Source: Chitinophagales bacterium (GTDB lineage: Bacteria; Bacteroidota; Bacteroidia; Chitinophagales; Chitinophagaceae). From it: 64,000 nt of DNA. Of the stretch, positions 54,645 to 64,000 are shown one piece after another. The stretch lies in assembly GCA_038228575.1 (NCBI GenBank), contig JBBRPD010000002.1:44781-108780 (forward strand). The letters are read 5' to 3'. Position 1 is the stretch's first letter. Every line of letters begins with the position of its first letter. The translations under genes and the position numbers were made by a program. The notes under the pieces are model-generated. The model was not told the origin of the DNA and searched no databases. It worked only from the letters and a program-made list of their open reading frames with translations.

Positions 54645-55898
54645 ATGTCTATACAAACAAAATTGAACATAGGGCTTTTCGGCTTTGGAGTTGTGGGAGA
54701 AAGCCTCTGGCAGGTATTGCAGAGCAACACATCGTTGCAGGCGCAAATAAAAAAAGTCTGCATCCGCAACGCGGACAAAAAAAGAAATGCACCGGCGGAA
54801 CTCTTTACGACCGATGCAGCTACATTACTAAATGACGACAGCCTTAACGTAATAGTTGAACTTATTGACGACGCCGAGGCAGCCTACAAAATAGTAGTGA
54901 CCGCATTAGAAAAAGGCAAGTCGGTAGTCAGTGCCAATAAAAAAATGATCGCAGCGCATTTGCCGGAGCTGCTTGCCTTGCAACAACAAAGCGGGGCATC
55001 GTTTTTATACGAGGCTGCATGTTGCGCCAGCATACCCGTTATCCGCAACCTGGAGGAATATTATGACAATGACCTGCTGCAAAGCATTAGCGGAATTGTG
55101 AACGGATCGACCAACTACATACTTACCAAAATTGCAGAAGATGGCCTTGACTTTGCTACGGCATTGCAACAGGCGCAGGCGGAAGGTTTTGCTGAAAGCA
55201 ACCCTGCTCTTGACATTGAAGGTATTGATGCGGTAAACAAACTCACCATTTTACTTACCCACGCCTACGGCATTGTTACCGCACCCACCGGCCTGGTATG
55301 CAGCGGCATAACAAAATTACACGAGCAAGATGCCCGGTATGCCAAAGAAAAGGGCTATACCGTAAAGCTGGTAGCACACGCCAAAAAACTGGAAGATGGT
55401 GCAGTGGCCGCATTTGTGCTGCCGCAATTTCTGAAAAATGATAGCCGGCTGTTTCATGTGCGCAACGAATACAATGGTGTAGTAATAGAAAGCGCACTGG
55501 CCGATCAGCAGTTCTTTAATGGCAAGGGCGCAGGTGGTTTCCCTACTGCTTCAGCGGTCATCAGCGACCTTTCAGCCTTGCGGTATAATTACCGCTACGA
55601 GTATAAAAAATTATACTTCAGTCAGCCCCAGCAACTCACCGATGATCTTACCCTTCGGGTATACTTCAGCTTTGATGTAGATAGTGCCCTGCCCTCCGAT
55701 TTTTTTGAGGACATTGAAGAATGGGCAAGCAATGGCGAGCGCTCTTTTGTAATTGGCACCGTCGGTTTCGCCAAACTCAAAGAAAGCAATTGGTGGAAAG
55801 AAGATGCTAATTCCCTCATCACCCTACCAAATGCCTTTGCCGATAAAAAAGAGGCAATCAAAAAATCGCCAATAGCACGGCATGCCGTTGTAGCGTAG
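54645..55898 (+). CDS. hom: Homoserine dehydrogenase
   Basis: I prefer ATG 54645 (MSIQTKLNIGLFGFGVVGESL). 'VSANKK', 'FLYEAA...IPVIR', 'I.GI.NG..NYIL', and a C-terminal ACT-like region. Confidence 0.85.
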   Translation: MSIQTKLNIGLFGFGVVGESLWQVLQSNTSLQAQIKKVCIRNADKKRNAPAELFTTDAATLLNDDSLNVIVELIDDAEAAYKIVVTALEKGKSVVSANKKMIAAHLPELLALQQQSGASFLYEAACCASIPVIRNLEEYYDNDLLQSISGIVNGSTNYILTKIAEDGLDFATALQQAQAEGFAESNPALDIEGIDAVNKLTILLTHAYGIVTAPTGLVCSGITKLHEQDARYAKEKGYTVKLVAHAKKLEDGAVAAFVLPQFLKNDSRLFHVRNEYNGVVIESALADQQFFNGKGAGGFPTASAVISDLSALRYNYRYEYKKLYFSQPQQLTDDLTLRVYFSFDVDSALPSDFFEDIEEWASNGERSFVIGTVGFAKLKESNWWKEDANSLITLPNAFADKKEAIKKSPIARHAVVA

Positions 55899-55979
55899 CC
55901 AAATAGCAGCATATTTTGTGTGTTGAAAAGAATATACCTCATGCCGTAAGGGTGTGGGGTATTTTATTTACGCATTATA

Positions 55980-56005
55980 AAGGGCGACCGCCTGCAGTCG
56001 CCCTT
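55980..56005. terminator. Bidirectional hairpin between convergent hom and peroxiredoxin genes
   Basis: AAGGGCGAC-CGCCTGCA-GTCGCCCTT, a 9-bp GC-rich stem with AT-rich flanks. Confidence 0.55.
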
Positions 56006-56015
56006 ACTTACTCAT

Positions 56016-56651
56016 TTATTTATTCGGTTGCGGTGTCATGCGCAAATATGGCTTTACCTCGGTAAAACCTTTTGGGAATTTTGCGGGGATATCTGCTGTT
56101 TTTATGGCGGGCACTACTACCACATCTTCACCGTCTTTCCAGTTTGCGGGCGTAGCTACGGAATAATTAGCAGTGAGTTGCAAACTGTCTATTACCCGCA
56201 GTATTTCCAGAAAGTTGCGCCCGGTTGATGCAGGATAGGTAAGCGTTAGCTTCACCTTTTTATCGGGCCCTATTACAAATACCGATCTTACGGTAAAAGT
56301 CTCGTTAGCATTGGGGTGTATCATGTCGTACAGGTTGGCAACTACCCTATCATGGTCGGCAATAATGGGGAAGTTAACAATGGTGTGCTGCGTTTCATTA
56401 ATGTCTTTGATCCATTCGGTATGCGAACTCAGCGGGTCAACACTCACTGCTATTACTTTTGTGTTACGCTTGTCAAATTCGTCTTTCAGTTTTGCCGTCA
56501 TACCCAATTCGGTTGTGCAAACCGGGGTAAAATCGGCCGGGTGCGAGAATAATACGCCCCATGAATTGCCGAGCCATTCATGGAAGTGAATGGTGCCTTC
56601 GGTGGTAACGGCTGTAAAATCGGGTGCGATATCGCCTAATCTTAGTGTCAT
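56016..56651 (-). CDS. 1-Cys peroxiredoxin (Prx6 subfamily)
   Basis: 211 aa; 'LFSHPADFTPVCTTE' peroxidatic-Cys motif; no resolving-Cys motif seen. Confidence 0.9.
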   Translation of the reverse strand: MTLRLGDIAPDFTAVTTEGTIHFHEWLGNSWGVLFSHPADFTPVCTTELGMTAKLKDEFDKRNTKVIAVSVDPLSSHTEWIKDINETQHTIVNFPIIADHDRVVANLYDMIHPNANETFTVRSVFVIGPDKKVKLTLTYPASTGRNFLEILRVIDSLQLTANYSVATPANWKDGEDVVVVPAIKTADIPAKFPKGFTEVKPYLRMTPQPNK

Positions 56652-56703
56652 TGTGTTTTTTTTGTTTTATTGGTGAATAATAATTTTTATTGGGGTGGTT
56701 ACG

Positions 56704-56733
56704 AAAAACAAAAAAGCCCCGAATATCCGGAGC
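56704..56733 (-). terminator. Intrinsic-terminator-like hairpin upstream of the peroxiredoxin gene (minus strand)
   Basis: The minus strand reads GCTCCG-GATATT-CGGGGC followed by TTTTTTGTTTTT. It lies 53 nt 5' of the prx start, and no annotated minus-strand gene ends here. Confidence 0.45.
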
Positions 56734-57086
56734 TCATCAAATTTAATTACAGTATGCTAACCAGTTTAGCTCCGCGCACAACCAGTCAACTGCATATTAG
56801 TGCAACAACAAGTATTAGTATAGGCTGTGATTAAAAACATGACGGTTATTTCATTACAATATTATTGATTGCGCTATTCTTTTCCAAATTATTTTTTGCC
56901 GGACTGCTTGCCATTTTGACCACAAAGGGCCAACGTTCGCATTTAACCCGTTCCATGCAATTATGAGGCGCATTAACCACCAGTATTTCACCCGACAATA
57001 GAAATACGGCCCGCAATTTTACTTACAGAAATTTAGCCTATTTCTTTGCACCATAATTTTATTATCTTCGCCGAAATTTTTGATAC

Positions 57087-58307
57087 ATGAATTTGCACGA
57101 ATATCAGGCCAAAGAGCTATTGAAACGTTACAATGTTCCTACACAAGAAGGTATTGCTGTCGGAAACGTTGAAGAAGCTGTAAACGCATACAAAAAAATA
57201 TCCGTTGATAACGGCACAAAATTCGCAGTAATAAAGGCGCAGATTCATGCCGGTGGCCGTGGTAAAGGTCGCATGATAGAAGTACCTGAACAGAGCGGTG
57301 TATCGGTAGTTAAAAACGCTGAAAGCGTTGAAACCGTAGCAAAGAATATGTTAGGTAATACGCTTGTTACTATTCAAACTGGCGCAGCTGGCAAGAAGGT
57401 GAGCAAATTACTTATTGCTCAGGATATGTATTATGATGGCCCTAGCGAACGCAAAGAATTCTACTTGTCGGTTTTATTAGACCGTGCCAAGAAGCAGAAC
57501 GTTATTATGTATAGCACCGAAGGTGGTATGGATATTGAAGAAGTAGCCCATCATACTCCGGAAAAAATATTTAAAGAATGGGTTCAACCAGGCTTCCCTT
57601 TACAAGGTTTCCAGGCTCGCAAAATAGCTTTCAACTTTGGTTTGAGCGGTACTGCATTTAAAAATATGGTTAAGTTCGTAACCAATTTATATGATGCGTA
57701 TGTAGGGCTTGATTGCTCCATGCTGGAAATAAACCCATTATTCAAATCGGCTGACGACAAAATTCTTGCCGTTGACTGTAAAATGAATGTTGATGATAAC
57801 GCCCTGATGCGTCATGCTGATTTGGCTGATATGCGCGACAAGAGCGAAGAAGACCCAACTGAAGTAGAAGCAGGCGAACACAACCTTAACTATGTAAAGC
57901 TGGACGGTAACGTTGGTTGCATGGTTAATGGCGCTGGTTTGGCTATGGCTACTATGGATATGATTAAGCTTGCAGGTGGTGAGCCGGCTAACTTCCTTGA
58001 TGTAGGTGGTTCCGCTAACGCACAAACTGTTGAAGCGGGTTTCCGTATCATCATGAAAGACCCTAACGTAAAGGCTATTTTGGTTAATATTTTTGGTGGT
58101 ATAGTTCGTTGCGACCGTGTTGCAGCAGGTGTTATTGAAGCCTACAATAAAATGGGCAATATCAATATCCCTATCATTGTTCGTTTACAAGGTACCAATG
58201 CTGAAGCTGCAAAAGAACTGATCGTTAATTCAGGTCTTAAAGTACAATCGGCTATCTTGCTCAGCGAAGCAGCCCAATTGGTTCAGGATGCAATTAACGC
58301 TAACTAA
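57087..58307 (+). CDS. sucC: Succinate--CoA ligase (ADP-forming) beta subunit
   Basis: 'MNLHEYQAKELLKRYNVP', 'KAQIHAGGRGK', 'GNVGCMVNGAGLAMATMD', 'NIFGGIVRCD'. Confidence 0.95.
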   Translation: MNLHEYQAKELLKRYNVPTQEGIAVGNVEEAVNAYKKISVDNGTKFAVIKAQIHAGGRGKGRMIEVPEQSGVSVVKNAESVETVAKNMLGNTLVTIQTGAAGKKVSKLLIAQDMYYDGPSERKEFYLSVLLDRAKKQNVIMYSTEGGMDIEEVAHHTPEKIFKEWVQPGFPLQGFQARKIAFNFGLSGTAFKNMVKFVTNLYDAYVGLDCSMLEINPLFKSADDKILAVDCKMNVDDNALMRHADLADMRDKSEEDPTEVEAGEHNLNYVKLDGNVGCMVNGAGLAMATMDMIKLAGGEPANFLDVGGSANAQTVEAGFRIIMKDPNVKAILVNIFGGIVRCDRVAAGVIEAYNKMGNINIPIIVRLQGTNAEAAKELIVNSGLKVQSAILLSEAAQLVQDAINAN

Positions 58308-58333
58308 TACGATTGTAAAGTCATAATAAAAAA

Positions 58334-58361
58334 AGCTATTCTTTCGGGAATAGCTTTTTTG
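58334..58361 (+). terminator. sucC intrinsic terminator
   Basis: AGCTATTC-TTTCGG-GAATAGCT followed by TTTTTTG, 27 nt after the stop. Confidence 0.8.
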
Positions 58362-58447
58362 TTTGTGTATGGTGTCATTTCGTAGCATTTTATTGGCGAG
58401 CTTACACGTCAACAGCATAGAATACCTTCTCCCTGAGGCACAATATC

Positions 58448-58576
58448 ATTAAGTTGAGGATTTAAGCCTTAAAATGGCGCTTTGTGTTATGTCACTCCTT
58501 CGGAGTTTAACCATATTACACACTTTAATTTTCTATAACAATGTCATCCCTTCAGGACTCTCCCCTTAACTTAGGA
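58448..58576. repeat. MITE-like hairpin-rich repeat, family A copy 2
   Basis: See 11217-11345. Inverted ends TAAGTTGAGGA...CCCCTTAACTTA. Confidence 0.8.
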
Positions 58577-58841
58577 ACGTTGACGAAATAAAGTCCACCG
58601 TATGACGAAGTTATTTTTCTTTTATGCGAGGAGAATCCCGAATGCTTTCGGGAGCGAATAGCGCGCTATTTATCCCGCCGAATGGCAGGATTTCAACAAA
58701 TCAGAAATGTAAAAGAACAAGGCAAATGGTGGCCTATATTTTGTCCTCGTTCCTTAATGAGAGTATATAACAATGACCATGCCGCCGATGCGGAAGGTGT
58801 AGCATATTACGCCACTGGTCGAAGCTACATTAAAGGCTCTT

Positions 58842-59318
58842 TTAAATAATTTTTGCCCCAATAAGGTAGGTGACAGGGTCAGTCGGGTTTTGTTTGCCCT
58901 GAAAGATGGTTACATTGCATTTACCCTTGAGGTAACTTTCCTTTATCTCATCTTTTTTCTTTTCATTACCAATTTGCTGGTAACCACCCTTCTTTACTTC
59001 GGCCCTGCACTGGTTTCTGAAGGCTACATTATTGGTCTGTAAAACAATATAACTTATCTTTTTGTCCTTCTTTTTGTAAAAGCACATTATGTTATCGCCA
59101 ATATTCTTGTCGTTCATATCAACCGGCACCCAACGGGTATAGTCCAGCGTATCCATTTTACCTTCTTCGTATTTTTTCCAGTATTTTTTTTCGAGCAACT
59201 CTTTCACCTCGTAAAAGGTCTTGGTGCTATACCCCGCTATCTCACTCACACTTTTTACCTGCGCCTGTATTTGGCTTGCGCCTACCACCAACATCAACAC
59301 CAATAATATTTTTTTCAT
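58842..59318 (-). CDS. Hypothetical secreted protein
   Basis: 158 aa; signal 'LMLVVGASQIQAQ'; Lys-rich; no recognised family. Confidence 0.6.
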   Translation of the reverse strand: MKKILLVLMLVVGASQIQAQVKSVSEIAGYSTKTFYEVKELLEKKYWKKYEEGKMDTLDYTRWVPVDMNDKNIGDNIMCFYKKKDKKISYIVLQTNNVAFRNQCRAEVKKGGYQQIGNEKKKDEIKESYLKGKCNVTIFQGKQNPTDPVTYLIGAKII

Positions 59319-59438
59319 CTATTCCCGTTTAAGCTGTAAAGCTAAATAAAAACTCCTTATTGCGGTAAATGCTAAAATTTATACAAAGGCACACCTTATA
59401 ACACTATAACTGGCAGGTATTTTGTAGTTTTCGGCTAC

Positions 59439-61232
59439 ATGTCATCTCCTCAAGATTATTATATACAACAGAAAGCAGCCTATAATGCGCAGCTGGAAAA
59501 AGTCTCACAATTAGCAAGCAGGATATCCACGTTCAGGTTACTGGCGGTTTTGGGCGCAGTTGCAATGGGCGTTTATATTATAAACAGCAATGTGTCAAAT
59601 AATTTGTGGTGGGCTGTAGCGGGCATTATGCTGGTGTTTCTATTACTCGTGCGCAAAAACATGATGCTGAATGATGAGATGGACGGTATTAAGCTATTCA
59701 TAAAAGCTATTGACCATGAATTACTGGCCATTGAAGGCAATTACAGCGCCTTTGCCGATGGCCAAACCTATTTCGATGCGCTGCATCCTTACAGTTATGA
59801 CCTTGACCTTTTCGGCAAGCATACCATCTACCAGATGCTTTGCCGTGCCGTAACACTGGGCGGGGAAACGCTGCTGGCAACCCGGCTTTCCCAACCTACG
59901 CTTAGCAAAGATGTAATAGCTGCGCAGCAACAAATAATTAAAGAACTCAGCCAGCAGCCTGACTTGCTTTTGCAATTCCGCGTAGCCGGTATGGGTGTTA
60001 AAGAAGAGCCCCGCGACCAGGCCCGAATTACGGAATGGCTGCAATCGGCCAATATTTTTGCGACTGACAAGCTGATTACTACAGCTATTGTAGTTATGCC
60101 TGCGCTATCGCTCGCGGGCATAGCCTATTCCATTTATACGACCAGCTTTTCGCCAGTGCTGATGGTTGTTTTACTGGCAAACGTATTGATAGCCAAAAAA
60201 TACACCGCTGTTGTAAATGAAACGGCCAGGCAAATAGGCAATACTTCAAAACTGATACTTAAATACGAAAAACTGTTGCAAAAAATTGCAGACAAAAAAT
60301 TTAATGATGCGCGGCTATCTGTTATTGCCGATAATGCCAGCCGCTCGCTAACCGAAATAGCCGGCCTGAGAAAGCTGGTGAATGCTTTTGATAGCAGGGG
60401 CAACAACATGGTGGGGCCGCTGATGAATATTTTTTTCCTGTTCAATTTCATTAACCTGGTAAGGCTGGAAAAATGGAAACAGCAAAACAGCCAATTGCTA
60501 TTACAGGCCATAGACGAAATGATAGAAACAGACTGTAACATTAGCTGCGCTGTTTATGCATTTAACCATCCGGCTAACGTCTACCCTTCCCTTTCTGGCG
60601 ACGATAAGGTAATGAGTGGCAAAAACCTGGTACACCCGCTTTTACATGCTACAACAGCCATTGGCAATAACTTTAGCTTGGGCAAAAACGAACAATTCTA
60701 TCTGCTGACCGGCGCTAACATGACGGGCAAGAGCACCTTCATACGAACCATTGGTGTTAGCCTTGTGATGGCTAATATCGGGTTGCCATTGCCTGCCGAA
60801 GAACTCACGATACCAGTTGTAGACCTCTACACATCCATGCGCGTAACCGATTCAGTACAAGACGACATTTCGTATTTCAAAGCAGAGCTGAACCGCATAA
60901 AATCACTTATGACGGCGGTAAAGCAGGCATCGCACCCGTATCTTATCTTGCTCGATGAACCCCTGCGCGGCACCAACAGCACCGATAAACAGCAAGGTAC
61001 GCGCTCCATTGTTGAAAACCTGCTGGGCTATGATGCCCGCGGTATTATTGCCACCCACGATACTATTTTATGCGATCTGGAAGACCATTATCCCGGCCGT
61101 GTTACCAACTATCATTTTGAAAGCACTGTTGAGGCTACCGGCTTAAAGTTCGATTTTAAACTGAAGCGCGGCGGTTCCACTTCAAATAATGCCACTATAC
61201 TTATGCGGTTAATGGGCATTATCAGCAATTAG
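59439..61232 (+). CDS. MutS-related membrane protein (MutS domain V ABC-ATPase only)
   Basis: Two pairs of TM helices in the N-terminal half. C-terminal 'LLTGANMTGKSTFIRTIG' (Walker A), 'LILLDEPLRGTNSTD' (Walker B), 'IIATHD'. No mismatch-binding domain is recognisable. Confidence 0.8.
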   Translation: MSSPQDYYIQQKAAYNAQLEKVSQLASRISTFRLLAVLGAVAMGVYIINSNVSNNLWWAVAGIMLVFLLLVRKNMMLNDEMDGIKLFIKAIDHELLAIEGNYSAFADGQTYFDALHPYSYDLDLFGKHTIYQMLCRAVTLGGETLLATRLSQPTLSKDVIAAQQQIIKELSQQPDLLLQFRVAGMGVKEEPRDQARITEWLQSANIFATDKLITTAIVVMPALSLAGIAYSIYTTSFSPVLMVVLLANVLIAKKYTAVVNETARQIGNTSKLILKYEKLLQKIADKKFNDARLSVIADNASRSLTEIAGLRKLVNAFDSRGNNMVGPLMNIFFLFNFINLVRLEKWKQQNSQLLLQAIDEMIETDCNISCAVYAFNHPANVYPSLSGDDKVMSGKNLVHPLLHATTAIGNNFSLGKNEQFYLLTGANMTGKSTFIRTIGVSLVMANIGLPLPAEELTIPVVDLYTSMRVTDSVQDDISYFKAELNRIKSLMTAVKQASHPYLILLDEPLRGTNSTDKQQGTRSIVENLLGYDARGIIATHDTILCDLEDHYPGRVTNYHFESTVEATGLKFDFKLKRGGSTSNNATILMRLMGIISN

Positions 61233-61359
61233 TTGTTCTGTTAAATTAACAGGCAGAGTTTTTAATTGGCTGGTATATTTTATAAACTTGCACATTGCTC
61301 GCCTATATTTTCTGTAGGCTAGTCTATTTATTTATTTTTAGTGTTCAGGGTGCGCGTTC

Positions 61360-62826
61360 ATGAGGTATTTTATAACTATATTATTCACTATTTTGTTTGC
61401 TGTACCTGCTTTAGTTTTGGCGCAAAGCCAGAATGATATTTGGGAACCAAACAGCATTGCCAAATATGCTTTTGTTCACGAAAACGAAAATACAATTGCA
61501 GCTTATGGTAAATTAGATGCTATTTATGCCAAATTACAGGCAATAAAACATACCGGTAAGGGCAGGGTAAATATTATTCACATCGGCGATTCGCATTTGC
61601 AAGCCGATGGCATTACGAGTGTGGTGCGCAATGGCTTCCAGCAATTTTTCGGAGATGCAGGCAGGGGGTTAGTTTTTCCGTACCAGCTTGCAGCAACCAA
61701 CGCCCCCCACGATATAAAATCGACCTCTAACACCACCTGGAAAAGCAACAGGCTAACGAGCCCTAATACGCCGGTTAAAACAGGTATAAGCGGCTACGGC
61801 ATACATTCCGCAGGCAAGAACGCATTCGTAAACCTGCAACTGAAGGATATAGAGGGCAAACAGGACTCATTCGACCGGATGGTATTCTTTCTTTGCAATG
61901 ACAGTGTGTGCTACCGGCTGAGCGACAGCAACCTGCCCACACCCATAATGGTGAACACCACCCGCAATAATACCGGTGCTGTAACAGTGAATAGCGACCT
62001 GATGCTGAAAGGCTTTGAGCTAGGCAAGGTAAACTCCCCCGATTTTTCTGACTTCAGTTTTTACGGTGTATCGCTGGAAAAAAAGAATAATAGCGGCGTA
62101 TTATACCACACCATTGGTGTTAATGGTGCCCGTTACGACCAATTCCTGATCAACGATTTGTTCTGGTCGCAGCTGAAAGACCTGCAGGGCGATCTGTTCA
62201 TTGTATCATTAGGCACTAACGAGGCACAAAACCAGTTTATAAATGAGGTTGCCTTCATTGACGCTTGCAGCGATTTTGTGAAGAAAATACATAGCATTGC
62301 ACCCGGGGCAGTGGTACTATTAACCACGCCTGCGGGCTCATACTTCCGCAACAAGAAACCTAATAAATCCATTCAAAATGTTACCGCAGCTATTAACCGG
62401 TACACAGAACAAAACAAAATACCAGCCTGGGACCTGTTTAAAATAACAGGTGGTTTTACCAGCATACCCGCATGGAAAAAGTATGACCTTATGAGCCACG
62501 ATGGCGTGCATTACAACAATGCCGGCTACCAGTTACAAGGAGCCCTGCTGCTCAACGCATTTACTACAGGTTACAACAATTATGTAAAGAGCCACCCTTA
62601 CAAGGCAGAGGTAAAAGTGCCCAAAAGTGCCCCTACTTTAAAAACAAGCGATATTATTGTAAAAGCCGACATACCCAAAAAAGAGGAACCTAAAAAGCAG
62701 GCAGTCAGTTTTCAGAAAGTGGTACCTGATGCGCGGCCGAAACAAAACAAAACCGATTCCGCAGCTACGGAAACTATAGGGCCGGGCAAAAGAAAAAGCA
62801 ATATAGTTGTTGAATATTCAGATTGA
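61360..62826 (+). CDS. SGNH/GDSL-type hydrolase family protein with Lys/Pro-rich C-terminal tail
   Basis: Signal peptide, 'IIHIGDSHLQADG' (block I Ser), 'SLGTNE', 'DGVHY' (block V). Confidence 0.7.
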   Translation: MRYFITILFTILFAVPALVLAQSQNDIWEPNSIAKYAFVHENENTIAAYGKLDAIYAKLQAIKHTGKGRVNIIHIGDSHLQADGITSVVRNGFQQFFGDAGRGLVFPYQLAATNAPHDIKSTSNTTWKSNRLTSPNTPVKTGISGYGIHSAGKNAFVNLQLKDIEGKQDSFDRMVFFLCNDSVCYRLSDSNLPTPIMVNTTRNNTGAVTVNSDLMLKGFELGKVNSPDFSDFSFYGVSLEKKNNSGVLYHTIGVNGARYDQFLINDLFWSQLKDLQGDLFIVSLGTNEAQNQFINEVAFIDACSDFVKKIHSIAPGAVVLLTTPAGSYFRNKKPNKSIQNVTAAINRYTEQNKIPAWDLFKITGGFTSIPAWKKYDLMSHDGVHYNNAGYQLQGALLLNAFTTGYNNYVKSHPYKAEVKVPKSAPTLKTSDIIVKADIPKKEEPKKQAVSFQKVVPDARPKQNKTDSAATETIGPGKRKSNIVVEYSD

Positions 62827-62867
62827 TTTTCGCAAAAAAGGATTTTCCCAATATTAATAATTAAATG

Positions 62868-62875
62868 TACATTTG
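62868..62875 (+). promoter_or_regulatory. -7 box TACATTTG
   Basis: Exact TAnnTTTG match, 17 nt upstream of ATG 62893. Confidence 0.4.
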
Positions 62876-62892
62876 GAGTTCAAATTTATCTC

Positions 62893-63801
62893 ATGAAAAA
62901 GCTTCTCATACTGTTCGGCACATGTTTAGTTGGTTTTAGCGCATGTACAGAAAAGGCCCCGGATATTATACTCCATTCAGTACCGGCCAAAGTAGATACA
63001 TTCTACATAAGTTCGGCAAACCTTACTCCCGAACCACATAATGTACTGGTGGAGGATTTTACGGGCGCTACCTGCACAAACTGCCCCGCAGCACATGATA
63101 TTATAAAGGGACTTCAGGACATAGCTGCTAACCGAGGCCGCATCATTGATATAGCGTTGCATATTAACGACTACCCACAAACAGAACCTGTTCGCGGACA
63201 TAAGTACGATTTCAGAAGCGCGGTAGCTACCTCAATTCAAAATGGTGTCTTCCAGAGCCTGATAGCCATGCCTATCGGTGGTATTGACAGGCAGCCAAAC
63301 GGATCGAATACAGCCGCCCCATTGCAATGCTCCCCTACCGTGTGGGCTTCAACCATCAATTCAAGGTTGAACACGGTGGATAGCATTAACCTTGATGTGG
63401 TGAGCAGCTACGACCCTGTCGCTAAAAAAGTAAAAATAACAGCTACCGTAAGCCACATATATGCTACTGACATTGTGCAGAATCTTAATTTGGCCATAGT
63501 GGAAGATAGCTTTATTGACAAGCAAGAGGACAACAGAGTGACCGGATATACTGATACTGCTTATCATTTCAATTCGATTCTGCGTGCACTGGTTACGGCA
63601 ACGCCACTCGGAGATCAAATAGCACCATCATACACTAACAACACCAAGCCGAAAGGGCTGGTATATACCCGCTACTACACTTACGACTGGAACACAGCAT
63701 GGAACCCGGCTAATTGCAGAGTTATAGCATTCGTTACCAAGGGCGCTGCCGCGGGTGCAGCCAATGTGTACCAGACCAAGGAAGCAAAAATAGCACCGTA
63801 A
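62893..63801 (+). CDS. Omp28-related outer-membrane lipoprotein
   Basis: 'LVGFSAC' lipobox; 'VEDFTGATCTNCPAAH' thioredoxin-like CxxC segment, typical of the Omp28 family. Confidence 0.7.
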   Translation: MKKLLILFGTCLVGFSACTEKAPDIILHSVPAKVDTFYISSANLTPEPHNVLVEDFTGATCTNCPAAHDIIKGLQDIAANRGRIIDIALHINDYPQTEPVRGHKYDFRSAVATSIQNGVFQSLIAMPIGGIDRQPNGSNTAAPLQCSPTVWASTINSRLNTVDSINLDVVSSYDPVAKKVKITATVSHIYATDIVQNLNLAIVEDSFIDKQEDNRVTGYTDTAYHFNSILRALVTATPLGDQIAPSYTNNTKPKGLVYTRYYTYDWNTAWNPANCRVIAFVTKGAAAGAANVYQTKEAKIAP

Positions 63802-63802
63802 T

Positions 63803-64000
63803 CAATTGTAAATTGTTAGTTATAAATTATCAATTGGTTGTTGTAGAAAGGTTCGCTGGTGATTTAAATTGTAGCAACAATTCAATCCAATTGTAAATTG
63901 TTAGTTATAAATTATCAATTGGTTGTTGTAGAAAGGTTCGCTGGTGATTTAAATTGTAGCAACAATTCAATCCAATTGTAAATTGTTAGTTATAAATTGT
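63803..64000. repeat. 85-bp tandem repeat, at least 2.3 copies, running off the window end
   Basis: Units start at 63803, 63888 and 63973. The first two copies are identical by eye. The third differs at unit position 27 (A to G). The array begins 1 nt after the Omp28-like stop codon. Confidence 0.9.

Noticed and set aside
63803-64000. Possible CRISPR array (regular 85-bp periodicity at the window edge)
   Set aside because: Whole units are identical, including what would be the 'spacers'. There is no repeat/variable-spacer alternation and no cas genes in the window. This is a plain tandem repeat.

Overview
This 64-kb segment looks like a Bacteroidota chromosome (Sphingobacteriia/Chitinophagia-like). 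The evidence is T9SS type A and type B C-terminal sorting domains, Omp28-like, DUF2851 and CNNM/GldE-type genes, and TAnnTTTG -7 promoter boxes. Spot counts of 60-nt lines mostly give about 45% GC.

I support about 57 protein-coding genes. Most are housekeeping or envelope genes:
- ung, sucC and clpS
- homoserine dehydrogenase
- a PlsC-type acyltransferase and an E1-beta dehydrogenase subunit
- a 1-Cys peroxiredoxin
- a transsulfuration PLP enzyme behind a clear SAM-I riboswitch with its terminator

I saw no rRNA, tRNA, CRISPR array, transposase, integrase or recognisable defence genes.

Items worth a second look:
1. A 385-aa protein collinear with the GyrB/ParE N-terminal ATPase-transducer fragment. 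Its ATPase signatures appear substituted and it has no TOPRIM domain. It sits directly downstream of a LytTR two-component pair.
2. A minus-strand operon encoding an NHL/Ig-repeat T9SS surface protein, with a Bacteroidetes O-glycosylation sequon at the same position in 5 of 7 repeats. It is followed by two GT-C-like polytopic membrane proteins. A GT14/GT2/GT2 cluster is convergent to this operon, and two tandem GtrA genes lie nearby.
3. A 2091-aa soluble histidine kinase with a four-fold GAF-PAS module array.
4. A 25-bp tandem duplication whose removal exactly fuses two overlapping ORFs, inside an AT-rich orphan islet.
5. An exported protein with eight CxxCxGxG zinc-finger motifs.
6. A Cys-motif outer-membrane barrel operon.
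7. Several families of hairpin-rich intergenic repeats: MITE-like, a 149-bp tandem, direct repeats bracketing the riboswitch cassette, REP-like palindromes, a heptamer microsatellite, and an 85-bp tandem array that runs off the window end.

All homology statements come from by-eye comparison with family signatures recalled from memory. No searches were run.
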